From positions 215,151 through 279,150 of the forward strand of contig CAVTWJ010000014.1 in assembly GCA_963738405.1 (NCBI GenBank): 64,000 bases of DNA. Reading direction: 5' to 3'. The first letter of the stretch is position 1. Each line of letters opens with the position of its first letter. The DNA comes from a candidate division FCPU426 bacterium. GTDB lineage: Bacteria > Oederibacteriota > Muellerivitia > Muellerivitales > Muellerivitaceae. The notes beneath the pieces were generated by a model. It was not told the origin of the DNA. It saw only the letters and a list, made by a program, of their open reading frames with translations, and did not search any database. Below, piece by piece: positions 28,175 to 38,116 of this stretch. Position numbers and translations under genes: made by a program.

Positions 28175-28575
28175 AAAAGGAACTTTTGGTCGAGGCGGCT
28201 TATTTCTTATTAAGGGTGGTGGCGGGGCTTCTCTTCCTCCAGGCGGGGGGCGTCAAGATATTGGATTGGTTCGGGGGCGTCCCGGCCCAATACGGAGGCC
28301 ACCCCCACTTCCCCGCCGAAATTTGGTTCGCGGGGATGCTGGAGCTGATCGGCGGAACCCTGATCCTCTTGGGGTTATGTACCCGCTGCGCGGCATTCGT
28401 CGTTTCGGGCGAGATGGCGGTGGCCTATTTCCAAGCCCACTTCCCCCAGGGTTTTTGGCCCGTCCAGAACCACGGCGAGCCCGCCGTGCTTTTCTGCTTC
28501 ATCTTTCTTTTCTTCGCCGCCTATGGAAGCGGGGCTTGGAGCTTGGACGCCTTGATCGCAAGGAGGAAAAAATGA
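28171..28575 (+). CDS. DoxX family membrane protein
   Basis: LLRVVAG, ELIGG, GEMAVAYF, GAWSLD; ATG at 28171 overlaps the upstream stop. Confidence 0.88.
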   Translation: MKKELLVEAAYFLLRVVAGLLFLQAGGVKILDWFGGVPAQYGGHPHFPAEIWFAGMLELIGGTLILLGLCTRCAAFVVSGEMAVAYFQAHFPQGFWPVQNHGEPAVLFCFIFLFFAAYGSGAWSLDALIARRKK

Positions 28576-29060
28576 GCGAGACCCCATTCGACTTCCAAAA
28601 CCGTCCGCACCCCAAAGACCTGACCTTCAGCCGCGCCTTCAAGGCCCCCCGGAAGCTGGTGTTTGAAGCCATGACCCAGTGTGAACACCTGGTGCGCTTT
28701 TGGGCGCCCCAACCCTTTACCACCCACAATTGCAAGCTGGACCTGCGCCCGGGCGGAAAATGGACCTACACCTTCCGCTCGCCCGAGGGCTTGGAGCACC
28801 ACGCCGAGCATACTTACCGGGAAGTGGACCCTCCCCAAAAACTCGTCATGGAAGCCGGCGTACCAGGACCCGAAGGCAAGCCCTTCTTCAAGATCCGCCA
28901 GACCCTTACCTTTCAAGAGAAAGGGGACGGGACCGAATTGGCCTTTGAAGTAAAGGTCCTGGAAGCCAATCCGGGCTCCGATCCCTTCTTGGGCGGCATG
29001 GAACAAGGGACCAACATGACCCTGGACAATCTTCAAAAATACCTGGCAAAGAATCACTGA
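28572..29060 (+). CDS. SRPBCC domain protein
   Basis: RAFKAPRKLVF, DLRPGGKW, GMEQG; AGGAGG RBS. Confidence 0.85.
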   Translation: MSETPFDFQNRPHPKDLTFSRAFKAPRKLVFEAMTQCEHLVRFWAPQPFTTHNCKLDLRPGGKWTYTFRSPEGLEHHAEHTYREVDPPQKLVMEAGVPGPEGKPFFKIRQTLTFQEKGDGTELAFEVKVLEANPGSDPFLGGMEQGTNMTLDNLQKYLAKNH

Positions 29061-29083
29061 CAAAACCCAAAAACAAATAAGAT

Positions 29084-29225
29084 TTTCACCACCAAACACT
29101 TCGGCCCGCAACCGAAGTGTCGATGACCAAGGCACCAAGAACTTCGTTAGGCAGATAGGTTATCAACAAGGCAAATAAAAATCTTTTGTTTGGTTTTCTT
29201 GGTGTCTTTGTGTCTTGGTGGTGAA
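29084..29225. repeat. REP/MITE-like inverted-repeat element
   Basis: TTTCACCACCAA...CTTGGTGTCTTTGTGTCTTGGTGGTGAAA; internal sequence shared with 33768-33854. Confidence 0.75.
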
Positions 29226-29283
29226 ATTGGATGTTGCCTTAGGATTTTGTTGGAGACTCTAAATAAGATTATGGAGGCACCTC

Positions 29284-29766
29284 ATGCAAAAAATAACGCC
29301 GTTTTTGTGGTTCGACGGGAACGCCGAAGAGGCCGCGAAGTTTTATGTCTCCGTCTTCAAGAAGTCCAAGATCAAAAGGGTGGTCCGCCAGCCGGAAGGG
29401 GGACCGGGCCCCAAGGGATCGGTCCTCGTTGTGGACTTTCAAATCAACGGCCAGGATTTCACGGCCTTAAACGGCGGCCCCGGGCACCCCTTGACCGACG
29501 CTGTTTCCTTCGTCGTTCATTGCAAGACGCAAAAAGAAGTGGACCGCTACTGGAAAAAGCTTTCCCAGGGCGGCAAGGAAGTGGCCTGCGGCTGGCTGAC
29601 GGACAAATTCGGCCTTTCCTGGCAGATCGTGCCGGAGGAAATGCTGCGGATGCTTAGCGGCAAGGAACCCAAAAAGACCCAAAGAGCCTTCCAGGCCATG
29701 ATGAAGATGGTCAAGCTGGACATTAAAAAATTAAAACAAGCCTATTCGGGACAGCGTCCATCATGA
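29284..29766 (+). CDS. VOC/PhnB-like (3-demethylubiquinone-9 methyltransferase family) protein
   Basis: MQKITPFLWF, ALNGGP, CGWLTDKFGLSWQIVP. Confidence 0.9.
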   Translation: MQKITPFLWFDGNAEEAAKFYVSVFKKSKIKRVVRQPEGGPGPKGSVLVVDFQINGQDFTALNGGPGHPLTDAVSFVVHCKTQKEVDRYWKKLSQGGKEVACGWLTDKFGLSWQIVPEEMLRMLSGKEPKKTQRAFQAMMKMVKLDIKKLKQAYSGQRPS

Positions 29767-30278
29767 AAAAAATCGCCCTTTTGGTCGGCAAGGACTTCGA
29801 GGATATGGAAGTCATGTACCCCTACTACCGTTTAATCGAGGCGGGCTTTCAGGTGGATGTTATCGGCGAGGATCCGGTCCGAACGAAATACTTGGGGAAA
29901 AATGGTTATCCCATCGCCTCGACCCTGGAAATCTCCAAAGCGAAGGCGAAAAACTATGCCGGGCTAGTGGCGCCAGGCGGCTGGGCGCCCGACAAGCTAC
30001 GCCGCAACCCCAAGATTCTGAAACTGGTCGCCGATATCGACCGCCAAGGGGGTGTCATCGCCTCCATTTGCCACGGACCCTGGATTCTCATTTCAGCCGG
30101 AGTGGTGAGGGGTAAGAAAACCACCTCCACGGTCGCGCTGAGGGACGACTTGGTCAACGCCGGGGCCCGCTGGGAAGACCGGGAAGTGGTCGTGGACGGC
30201 CAAATGGTGACCAGCCGTAAACCGGACGACCTGCCCGCTTTCATGAGGGAGATGTTGAAACTATTGGGAAAAAATTAG
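29763..30278 (+). CDS. DJ-1/PfpI family protein
   Basis: FEDME, PGGWAPDKLR, ICHGP, TSRKPDDLPAF. Confidence 0.92.
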   Translation: MKKIALLVGKDFEDMEVMYPYYRLIEAGFQVDVIGEDPVRTKYLGKNGYPIASTLEISKAKAKNYAGLVAPGGWAPDKLRRNPKILKLVADIDRQGGVIASICHGPWILISAGVVRGKKTTSTVALRDDLVNAGARWEDREVVVDGQMVTSRKPDDLPAFMREMLKLLGKN

Positions 30279-30524
30279 GCTGGAACCAATTCTACCCGGG
30301 TGATTCGTCGATTAACCCCAGAAGAACAGCGGTTTTTGCTAATTGATACATCCCTATTACCCCGGAATTTACACAGTTCTTTTGCCCATTCGGGCGTTGA
30401 ACGGGTTATACTTCCTGCTCGAACAAATTGAACTGACAAGTGACGTCTTTCCCTCCGCAGAGAATGACCAAGGAAATCAGAAGAGACAATTGGGTATGGC
30501 GTTATTAGTCGACTGGACAACCTT

Positions 30525-31583
30525 TTGGCCTTCCTCGACCGCGTATTGGACCCCCCTTCTTATGGCTATGTGCGTGATCAAAAGTTATACGTTCCGACGA
30601 GCCGGGAACTATTCAATGAATTCTTCACCCGAATCAACATCCTTAATTCCCGCAAAAACTGGCTGGCGCTTTTTAGCTGGGTGGTCGTGCTGTTTTTCGC
30701 GCCCTTCTTTTTCATGTTCTTCTTCCACTACTTCACCTGGAAGCTTTTTTTAATCGGCTTCATTTACAGCATGGTCGTTTTGGGAACCCACGGCACCGTT
30801 TACCTGCACCGCTACGCCACCCACCACGCCTTTACTTTTACCAACCGCATCTGGCTTTTCATCGTGAGCAACCTGGTCGTCAAGATCGTGCCGGAAGAGG
30901 TTTATGTGGTCTCGCACCATGTTCACCATTACATCTCTGAGAAGCCGGGCGATCCTTACAACGTCTATGGCGGGTTTCTCTACTGCTTTCTGGCCGACGC
31001 CAATCACCAAGCTATCGCCAGGGATTTTTCACGTGAAGATTACGCCAAAACCGCCAAGTTGATTGAACACACCGTCGTTCCCTTGAACAGCTACGAGCAG
31101 TACCAGAAATGGGGTTCCATCTGCCACCCCCTGCCCACCCTGCTTCAATTCACCTTGAACTGGGCCTTCTGGTTCGGGGCCTTCTATTTAATCGGCGGCA
31201 TGCCCTTGGCCGTCGCCATCTTCGGCATGAGCGCGGTTTGGGCGGTGGGAATCCGCACCTTCAATTTTGACGGCCACGGGCGGGGCAAAGACATGCGCCA
31301 GGACGGTATCGACTTCAACCGCGCCGACCTTTCCATCAACCAGCCCTGGCCCGGCATGATCACGGGCGAGTGGCACAACAACCATCACCTCTACCCCAAT
31401 GGAATCCGCGCCGGGTTTTTAACCTACCAATGGGATTACGCCTGGCTTTTCATCTGCGCCTGCCGGTCCCTCGGGGGCATCAAAAACTGCCGGGACTACA
31501 AGGATCAATTCATGGAAAAACATTACAAGCCCTACCTGGCCCGGCAAAACAAGGCCAAGTTCGCCAGCCAAATTTCCGCTTAA
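30525..31583 (+). CDS. Membrane fatty acid desaturase (delta-9-like)
   Basis: His boxes HRYATH, HHVHH, HNNHH. Confidence 0.85.
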   Translation: MAFLDRVLDPPSYGYVRDQKLYVPTSRELFNEFFTRINILNSRKNWLALFSWVVVLFFAPFFFMFFFHYFTWKLFLIGFIYSMVVLGTHGTVYLHRYATHHAFTFTNRIWLFIVSNLVVKIVPEEVYVVSHHVHHYISEKPGDPYNVYGGFLYCFLADANHQAIARDFSREDYAKTAKLIEHTVVPLNSYEQYQKWGSICHPLPTLLQFTLNWAFWFGAFYLIGGMPLAVAIFGMSAVWAVGIRTFNFDGHGRGKDMRQDGIDFNRADLSINQPWPGMITGEWHNNHHLYPNGIRAGFLTYQWDYAWLFICACRSLGGIKNCRDYKDQFMEKHYKPYLARQNKAKFASQISA

Positions 31584-31701
31584 TCCCGCTTTGCCCCTCT
31601 TGATGGAAACCCTTTTTTGTCGTTTGCCTTTTGCTAACCATTTGAATCCCTCCTGTTAGAATACCGGCTCCTCTGTTTCACTTGCTTTTAAAGGAGCCTT
31701 C

Positions 31702-32652
31702 ATGCAACCCCGCCCGCTTGGAAATTCAGACTTAAACATCACCCCCCTCGGCATCGGCACCTGGGCCATCGGCGGCCCGGACGGCAACTGGAACTGGGGG
31801 CCACAGGACGATCAAGATTCCATCGCGGCCATCCACAAGGCGGTGGACCTGGGCATCAATTGGATCGACACCGCCCCGGCCTACGGCAAGGGCCATTCGG
31901 AAGAGGTGGTGGGCAAGGCCCTGAAGGCTCTCACGAAAAAGCCCTATGTTTTCACCAAGAACTCCCTGGCCTGGGACGCGGATCGGGTCATCGTGAACCG
32001 CCTCAAGGCAGATTCCATCCGCAAGGAATGCGAGGACAGCCTAAAGCGCCTCGGGGTGGAGGCGCTGGACCTTTGGCAAATCCATTGGCCTAACCCGGAC
32101 CCTGATATTGAGGAGGGCTGGGCTGAGATGGCGAAAATGCGAAAGGCCGGCAAGGTGCGCTGGATCGCGGTTTCTAATTTCACTATCGCCCAAATGAAAA
32201 GGGCCCAGGCCATCGCCCCCGTCACTTCCCTCCAGCCCCCCTACTCGGCCATCCGGCGGGACATTGAAAAGGAAATCCTTCCCTTCTGCGCCAAGGAGAA
32301 CATCGGTGTTTTGGTTTACTCTCCCATGCAAGCGGGACTCCTCAGCGGCCGGATGACAAAGGAAAGGATTCTGAACCTGCCCGAATCGGATTGGCGCAGG
32401 AAAGACATCAACTTTCAAGAGCCAAGGTTGTCTAAAAACTTGGCCTTGCAGGCAGCTTTCGGCAAAATCGCCTTAAGCCATGGCCATCAGGCGGGTGTGG
32501 CGGCTTTGGCCTGGGTTTTACTTAGGAGTGAAATCACCGGAGCTATTGTGGGGGTTCGAAACGCCCGGCAGGTCGAGGAAATGGCGCCCGCGCTGGATTT
32601 CCGGTTGAAACCAGCTGAACTTTCTGAAATTAACGGATTGCTGACGGCCTGA
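31702..32652 (+). CDS. Aldo/keto reductase
   Basis: GIGTWAIGG, DTAPAYG, IHWP, SNF, YSPMQAGLL. Confidence 0.92.
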   Translation: MQPRPLGNSDLNITPLGIGTWAIGGPDGNWNWGPQDDQDSIAAIHKAVDLGINWIDTAPAYGKGHSEEVVGKALKALTKKPYVFTKNSLAWDADRVIVNRLKADSIRKECEDSLKRLGVEALDLWQIHWPNPDPDIEEGWAEMAKMRKAGKVRWIAVSNFTIAQMKRAQAIAPVTSLQPPYSAIRRDIEKEILPFCAKENIGVLVYSPMQAGLLSGRMTKERILNLPESDWRRKDINFQEPRLSKNLALQAAFGKIALSHGHQAGVAALAWVLLRSEITGAIVGVRNARQVEEMAPALDFRLKPAELSEINGLLTA

Positions 32653-32730
32653 TTTCACTTTATAGCTTGAGTCATAAAGTAATCCCAAACCGCAACCTAC
32701 TATGGGTTATTCCAAATTCGAGGTGACCCC

Positions 32731-33081
32731 ATGCGAGAAATAACAGCCGATCCATCCTTGGTGGCCTGCTGCGGGCTTTATTGCGGAGCTTGCGGTTCCT
32801 ACCTGAAGGAAAAATGCGAGGGCTGTCAAAAGAGCGAGAAGAATGCCTGGTGCCAGGTCAAGAAATGCACGAACAAAAAGGGCATTTCCACCTGCGCCCA
32901 GTGTTTGCTTTATCCCGACCCGCAGAAATGCTCGAAATTTAACAATTTCATCTCAAAAACTTTTTCTTTTATTTTCAAGTCGGATCGGCCCGCTTGCCTC
33001 AAGGAAATAAGCGCCTCAAGCCTTTCGGCCTACGCTGAAAAAATGGCGGGCTTGAAACAGCAATCCATCAAGCGTTCCTGA
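32731..33081 (+). CDS. Cys-rich DUF3795-like protein
   Basis: CCGLYCGAC, CEGC, CQVKKC, CAQC. Confidence 0.75.
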   Translation: MREITADPSLVACCGLYCGACGSYLKEKCEGCQKSEKNAWCQVKKCTNKKGISTCAQCLLYPDPQKCSKFNNFISKTFSFIFKSDRPACLKEISASSLSAYAEKMAGLKQQSIKRS

Positions 33082-33147
33082 GACCATCGGGTCCCGCAAG
33101 GTTCGCCCGGCATGTACTTCGCTTCCCTCCAAAGATAAACTTTCCCC

Positions 33148-33654
33148 ATGGATACCCTGAAATTCGTCCCGGTCAAAACCCATGGGGACTGCCATGCCCT
33201 TGAGGCCCTGGCCTTTCCCATTTGGCGGGAGCATTACACCCCCATCATTGGAAGCGCCCAGGTGGAATATATGCTCCAAAAATTCCAGACCGCCCATGCC
33301 ATCGGCGCGCAGATTCAGGAAGGGGTCCATTACTATTTCCTGAGGACTGACGGGGAAGAAAATGCCGGGTATCTTTCGGTGGTTTACCGCCCAGCGGAAA
33401 TTTTCTTGAGCAAACTTTACCTGCTCAAAAGCCACCGGGGGCAAGGCTTTGCGGGAGCGGCCTTGGAATTTGTGAAGACGATGGCCCGAAATAAAAACTT
33501 GGAACGCATTACCCTCACGGTTCACAAGCGAAACCCTTCGGTGAAAGCCTATCAGGCCCTGGGTTTTGAGATTCTGGAACCGGTTGTGACGGATATCGGG
33601 GGCGGATTCGTGATGGACGATTACCGCATGGGGTTGAACCTGACTAGTCCCTAG
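33148..33654 (+). CDS. GNAT N-acetyltransferase
   Basis: LSKLYLLKSHRGQG, AYQALGF, DIGGGFVMDDY. Confidence 0.88.
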   Translation: MDTLKFVPVKTHGDCHALEALAFPIWREHYTPIIGSAQVEYMLQKFQTAHAIGAQIQEGVHYYFLRTDGEENAGYLSVVYRPAEIFLSKLYLLKSHRGQGFAGAALEFVKTMARNKNLERITLTVHKRNPSVKAYQALGFEILEPVVTDIGGGFVMDDYRMGLNLTSP

Positions 33655-33662
33655 CACCAATA

Positions 33663-33854
33663 TCACCACCAAGACACAAAGACACCAAGAACGGCGGAAT
33701 GATCGAGGCCTTAAACTTAAAACACGTCACAAAGTCAAAAAAATAATTTAACCGCCAAGTCTCCAAAAACTTCATTAGGAAAATGGGTTGTAAGCAAGGC
33801 AAAACAAATCTTTTGTTTGGTTTTTCTTGGTGTCTTTGTGTCTTGGTGGTAAAA
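33663..33854. repeat. REP/MITE-like inverted-repeat element
   Basis: ACCACCAAGACACAAAGACACCAAGAA ... TTCTTGGTGTCTTTGTGTCTTGGTGGT perfect arms. Confidence 0.8.
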
Positions 33855-33894
33855 ACGGTTTTTATAGGTGGTTCTTAAACTCTTTCAAGTCATG

Positions 33895-34785
33895 TCAATT
33901 TCCGGCGATGGGCGGAAGGGGCAGCTCAACCTGCTGGGTATCGGTTCCATCGGAAGAAATAATCGAGACGGTCGCCGTGTCCCCCCCGCAATCCACCTTG
34001 TCGATCGTTCCCCCGTTTTGAAGGCGCAGGGCTGCCGAATCGACCGGAGTGGCCGCGACCTTGACCCCCGCATCACTTAAATCCACCCGGATCAAAAAAT
34101 AATTTTTTTCTCCCGGCGTGGGCGTTGTTTGACTGTCCGAAAATGAAGCGATGAAGGCGGCGGTCAAGGAGTCGGCGGCCCAGCCTATCGTTCCCTCAAG
34201 TGTGGGCGTTTCCCCGTCGGGAACATGGGAAGACTTGAGGAGATTTACTTGAGCGGTAGCGGAATAGATCAAACCCAATGAAGCCGGTTTATCACCCCAC
34301 CGAATCAGTCCCAGGGATTGGGTGACCGACCCTCCCGCCGTTCCTTCAGTAAAAGAAGCGATGAGCGCCCGATTATCGGTCGAAAAATAATATTTTTGGA
34401 TACCGCTGTATTGCCTCGAATCGTTGGGAGAATCCAGGTTCAACTGCATGAAACCATAAAGCGGTTTGGTGCCGGAACTTTTCGGGGTATCGCGGGTGAT
34501 GAGATTCAAGAGGTTGCCGCTGAAGAAATATTCCTGGATGGCATAGACCTTTAAAGGAAACCGGGTCCCCGTTCCATGCAGTTTGTCCTGAACATCGACG
34601 TTGATAAGGGGGTCCACACCGGGAATCAGTGCGTCATCCACCCCCGGCGTGGTTTCGGATAGGGTCACCTTGTATTGAAGATTCTCAATTGTTCCAGGGT
34701 CTGCGGCCACGGCGAAGGGCAGGAAAAGAAGGCCTAAACAGCTAAATATGAGTCTGAGCAAAGAAGGTATTTGGGTTGGGGTCAT
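33895..34785 (-). CDS. Hypothetical exported protein
   Basis: Long ORF with a signal peptide (..PFAVAA/D); start uncertain. Confidence 0.65.
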   Translation of the reverse strand: MTPTQIPSLLRLIFSCLGLLFLPFAVAADPGTIENLQYKVTLSETTPGVDDALIPGVDPLINVDVQDKLHGTGTRFPLKVYAIQEYFFSGNLLNLITRDTPKSSGTKPLYGFMQLNLDSPNDSRQYSGIQKYYFSTDNRALIASFTEGTAGGSVTQSLGLIRWGDKPASLGLIYSATAQVNLLKSSHVPDGETPTLEGTIGWAADSLTAAFIASFSDSQTTPTPGEKNYFLIRVDLSDAGVKVAATPVDSAALRLQNGGTIDKVDCGGDTATVSIISSDGTDTQQVELPLPPIAGN

Positions 34786-34846
34786 AGGGTATAGACGACA
34801 GGAACCGTTAAAGGGATTGCTCATAACCACTTTAAACTAAAAAAAA

Positions 34847-35206
34847 TTAAACCACTTCCAATACACAGCCCGGAAGCCCCACCTGGGCCAAAAGGGACTT
34901 GGCGTAAAAATAAGTCTGGGCTTGCGGCGTGGAGAACCCGCCGGGGAGGGGCTTCACCGAATGCATGGCGATTTCCGCCTGCTGGGCCATTCCCGTTAAC
35001 AGATCCAGTTTTTGTTCGAACGCCTCGTAAGCGGCCTGGGCCTGGATAGCGGATTGCTTCCCACCTGTTCCGGGCATGGTTTGCGTAATGAGTTGATTCA
35101 GTAAGGTATCAAAGTCGCTTCCCTGGCTGCTGATGAGCGAGGGAAGAAAGGGTTTGACCTCCGGCGAAGCATTCATCAACCCATTGATGTTCATTAAGGA
35201 CGACAT
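34847..35206 (-). CDS. Hypothetical protein
   Basis: 119-aa ORF with a purine-rich RBS (AGGAAGAGG). Confidence 0.55.
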   Translation of the reverse strand: MSSLMNINGLMNASPEVKPFLPSLISSQGSDFDTLLNQLITQTMPGTGGKQSAIQAQAAYEAFEQKLDLLTGMAQQAEIAMHSVKPLPGGFSTPQAQTYFYAKSLLAQVGLPGCVLEVV

Positions 35207-35303
35207 GGCCTCTTCCTTGGTTTAACTTCGAAGAATTCCTTCTATAATCCCTAACGGTTTTATCCGGACAAACTTGAATCTTTATTTTTTAAGGAGATTT
35301 GCG

Positions 35304-36155
35304 GTGTATTTACTCAAGATTTTCATCCTGGCCTGCGTCCAGGGGCTGGCGGAACTGCTTCCTATTTCCTCTTCCGCCCATGTCATTTTGGCGGAAAAAC
35401 TGCTGGGGTTGGATCCCACCCAGCCGGAGCTGACCCTTTTATTGGTCATGCTTCACACCGGAACCATGTTCGCGGTACTGGTCTATTTTTGGAAGGATTG
35501 GCGCGACCACTATTTTCAGACCCGGGAAAGGGCCGCGGCCTTTTTGAAACAGGTTTTTCTGGCCACCCTAGCCACAGGCCTTCTGGGAGGCGGACTTCTG
35601 ATATTGATCGAAAAGGTTTATCTGAGGGGGTCGGCCCACGCCGAAGTGGAAAGCCTTTTTGGTAACTTGAAACTGATCTCCTTTTCCCTGGCGGCCGCAG
35701 GCGCCTTGATCTTGTACGCTTCCCTTTTTAAGCCAAAGGAAATCAACAAAAAGCTGGGGCCCGAGGAATCCCTTTGGATCGGCTTCGTCCAGGGTCTTTG
35801 CCTGCCCTTTCGCGGATTCTCCCGTTCCGGCGCCACCATCTCCACCGGCCTGATCCTTGGGATCGACCGCCGCAAAGCGGAAGAATTCAGTTTCGCCCTG
35901 GCCGTGGTATTGACCCCGCCGGTGCTTTTGAGGGAAATCCACCGTTTGATGAAGGCCCAATCCGCGGCGGGGGCTCCCCTTGCGTCCTTGGGCCACGCAT
36001 TCATGCCTGGGATACTGGGCATGGTCTTCAGTTTTGCCGCCGGTCTTCTGGCTTTGAGGTGGCTTTCCGCCTGGCTGGAAAAAGGACGTTGGAATTATTT
36101 TGGCTTTTATTGCCTGGGCTTATCGGCCCTGGTCTGGATTTTGGGCGGACGTTAG
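35304..36155 (+). CDS. uppP: Undecaprenyl-diphosphate phosphatase
   Basis: QGLAELLPISSSAH, HTGT, GFSRSGATI. Confidence 0.9.
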   Translation: MYLLKIFILACVQGLAELLPISSSAHVILAEKLLGLDPTQPELTLLLVMLHTGTMFAVLVYFWKDWRDHYFQTRERAAAFLKQVFLATLATGLLGGGLLILIEKVYLRGSAHAEVESLFGNLKLISFSLAAAGALILYASLFKPKEINKKLGPEESLWIGFVQGLCLPFRGFSRSGATISTGLILGIDRRKAEEFSFALAVVLTPPVLLREIHRLMKAQSAAGAPLASLGHAFMPGILGMVFSFAAGLLALRWLSAWLEKGRWNYFGFYCLGLSALVWILGGR

Positions 36156-36171
36156 GAAAAAGGAGAGTTTC

Positions 36172-36519
36172 ATGGAAATGACCATTTATCAAAAACCCAC
36201 CTGCACCACCTGCCGTCAGGTTTACCAAGCCTTGAAAGAAAGCGGCGTGGATTTTAACTCGGTCAATTATTACCTCGAGCCCCTCCCCAAGCCCCGATTA
36301 ATGGAACTTTTAAAAAAGATGGGGATCACCGCCAGGGAATTGCTTCGAACAAAGGAAGCAATTTATAAAGAGCTGGGGTTGGCTAAAAAGGAATTGTCCG
36401 AGGAAGAGATCATCGACTTGATGGTGAAACACCCGGACCTCATCCAGCGCCCCATCGTGGAAAGGGGCTCCAAGGCCATCCTGGCCCGGCCCGCTGAACG
36501 GCTAAAGGAAATTCTTTAA
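36172..36519 (+). CDS. ArsC/Spx family protein
   Basis: YQKPTCTTCR, HPDLIQRPIV, LARP. Confidence 0.88.
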   Translation: MEMTIYQKPTCTTCRQVYQALKESGVDFNSVNYYLEPLPKPRLMELLKKMGITARELLRTKEAIYKELGLAKKELSEEEIIDLMVKHPDLIQRPIVERGSKAILARPAERLKEIL

Positions 36520-36736
36520 ATCTCCGCCCTATCGGTATCGTGGAAACAGCCATGATTGAAGGCGCCGAGAAGGTATCGAATCACGGTCGAAAATAAGAAA
36601 ACCCCGCAATTTGGACATAAAATGTGCGAAATGGCGGTTTCGATGTCCTTTTTCCAATTTCATCCCCCATTCAGGAAAGTAAAACGATAAAATGGCTGGT
36701 AATAATACAACTTGATTTTTCCTGATAGGAACACTT

Positions 36737-38084
36737 TTGAAAATCTTGATCATCGACGATGAAGAATCGCTGGTTAAAATCCTCTCCAAAATTCTAAAAC
36801 AGGAAGGCCACGAGGTCTTTCCCGCCTATACCGCTTCCGAAGGCATAGAAAAACATAAGATCCTCCAACCGGACATGCTGCTTCTGGACATCCATCTGCC
36901 GGACCAAACGGGCATGGAGGTTCTGGAGCAGTTGAATAGGGCTTATAACGCCAGTTCGGTCGTGATCATCACCGGGGACGGAAATGTCAACTCAGCCATC
37001 CAAGCCATGAAGCTCGGCGCCGAGGATTACCTGGAAAAACCCATTGATCCCCAAAAACTGAAGCTCGTCACCAAGCGCATCGCGGAAAAAAGGGGGCTCC
37101 TCAACCAGGTGAACCTGCTTAAGAGCATGCACCTGGAAATGTACCAGAAAGATTATCTTTTCCTGTCCCATCCCGAAATGCAGAAGCTTTACGATTCCAT
37201 CGCCCAAGTGGCGAAACAGGACCAGCTGTCGGTTTTAATCCTGGGCGAAACGGGAACCGGCAAGGAACATGTGGCCCGCTTGATCCACCGGATGTCCCAA
37301 AGGGCCGGGAAGCCCTTTATGGAAATCCATTGCGGGGCCCTTCCGGAAACCATCCTGGAATCGGAGCTGTTCGGGTACGAGCCCGGGGCCTTTACCGACG
37401 CGCGCAAGCAAAAACCCGGCCTTTTCGAGGTGGCCCAGGGGGGAAGCCTATTCTTGGACGAGATCGGGGAGCTCGACGCCCGCGGTTCAAACCAAACTCT
37501 TGAAGGTTCTGGAGCAAAAATCCTCCCGCCGTCTGGGAGGCGTCAAGGAAATACCTTTTGACGTGAGGATCATCGCGGCCACCCACCGCAACCTGGAGAA
37601 AGAGGTTGAAAAGGGGCATTTCCGGGCGGACCTATTCTACCGGCTCAACGTGATTCCCCTCGAAATTCCGCCGCTGCGCCACCGCCCGGAGGATGTTTCC
37701 CAATTGGCCCAATTTTTTCTCCAAGAATCCTGCAAAAACTTCGGCAAAAACCTTTCCCTCTTGGGGGAAGATATGGTTAAAGCCCTGCAAGTCTATTCCT
37801 GGCCGGGCAATATCAGGGAACTGAAGCACGTCATCGAGCGCATGGTGGTCATGGCCAAGGGGGGCAGCCTGACCTTGAAGGACTTGCCGAAGGATATTCG
37901 GGAGGCCCAATCCGTTCCCGCGCCCGGAAAAATCGTCCTCAACCGAAAAGAGTCGGAAATCGAGAACATCCGCCGGGCCTTGACCCAAACCAACGGCAAC
38001 CAGTCCAAGGCCGCCGCCCTTTTGGGCGTCACCCGCAAAACCCTTTTTAACAAGATCAAACGCTACGGCTTGAAAACCTCTTAA
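36737..38084 (+). pseudogene. NtrC-type sigma-54-dependent response regulator split by a +1 frameshift
   Basis: [23 protein letters not shown] and FLDEIGE in frame 1; [28 protein letters not shown] and Fis HTH continue in another frame; extra base near 37478-37481. Confidence 0.8.
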
Positions 38085-38116
38085 AATTCCATGGCGCGGA
38101 CCCAAACCCGGCCTGT

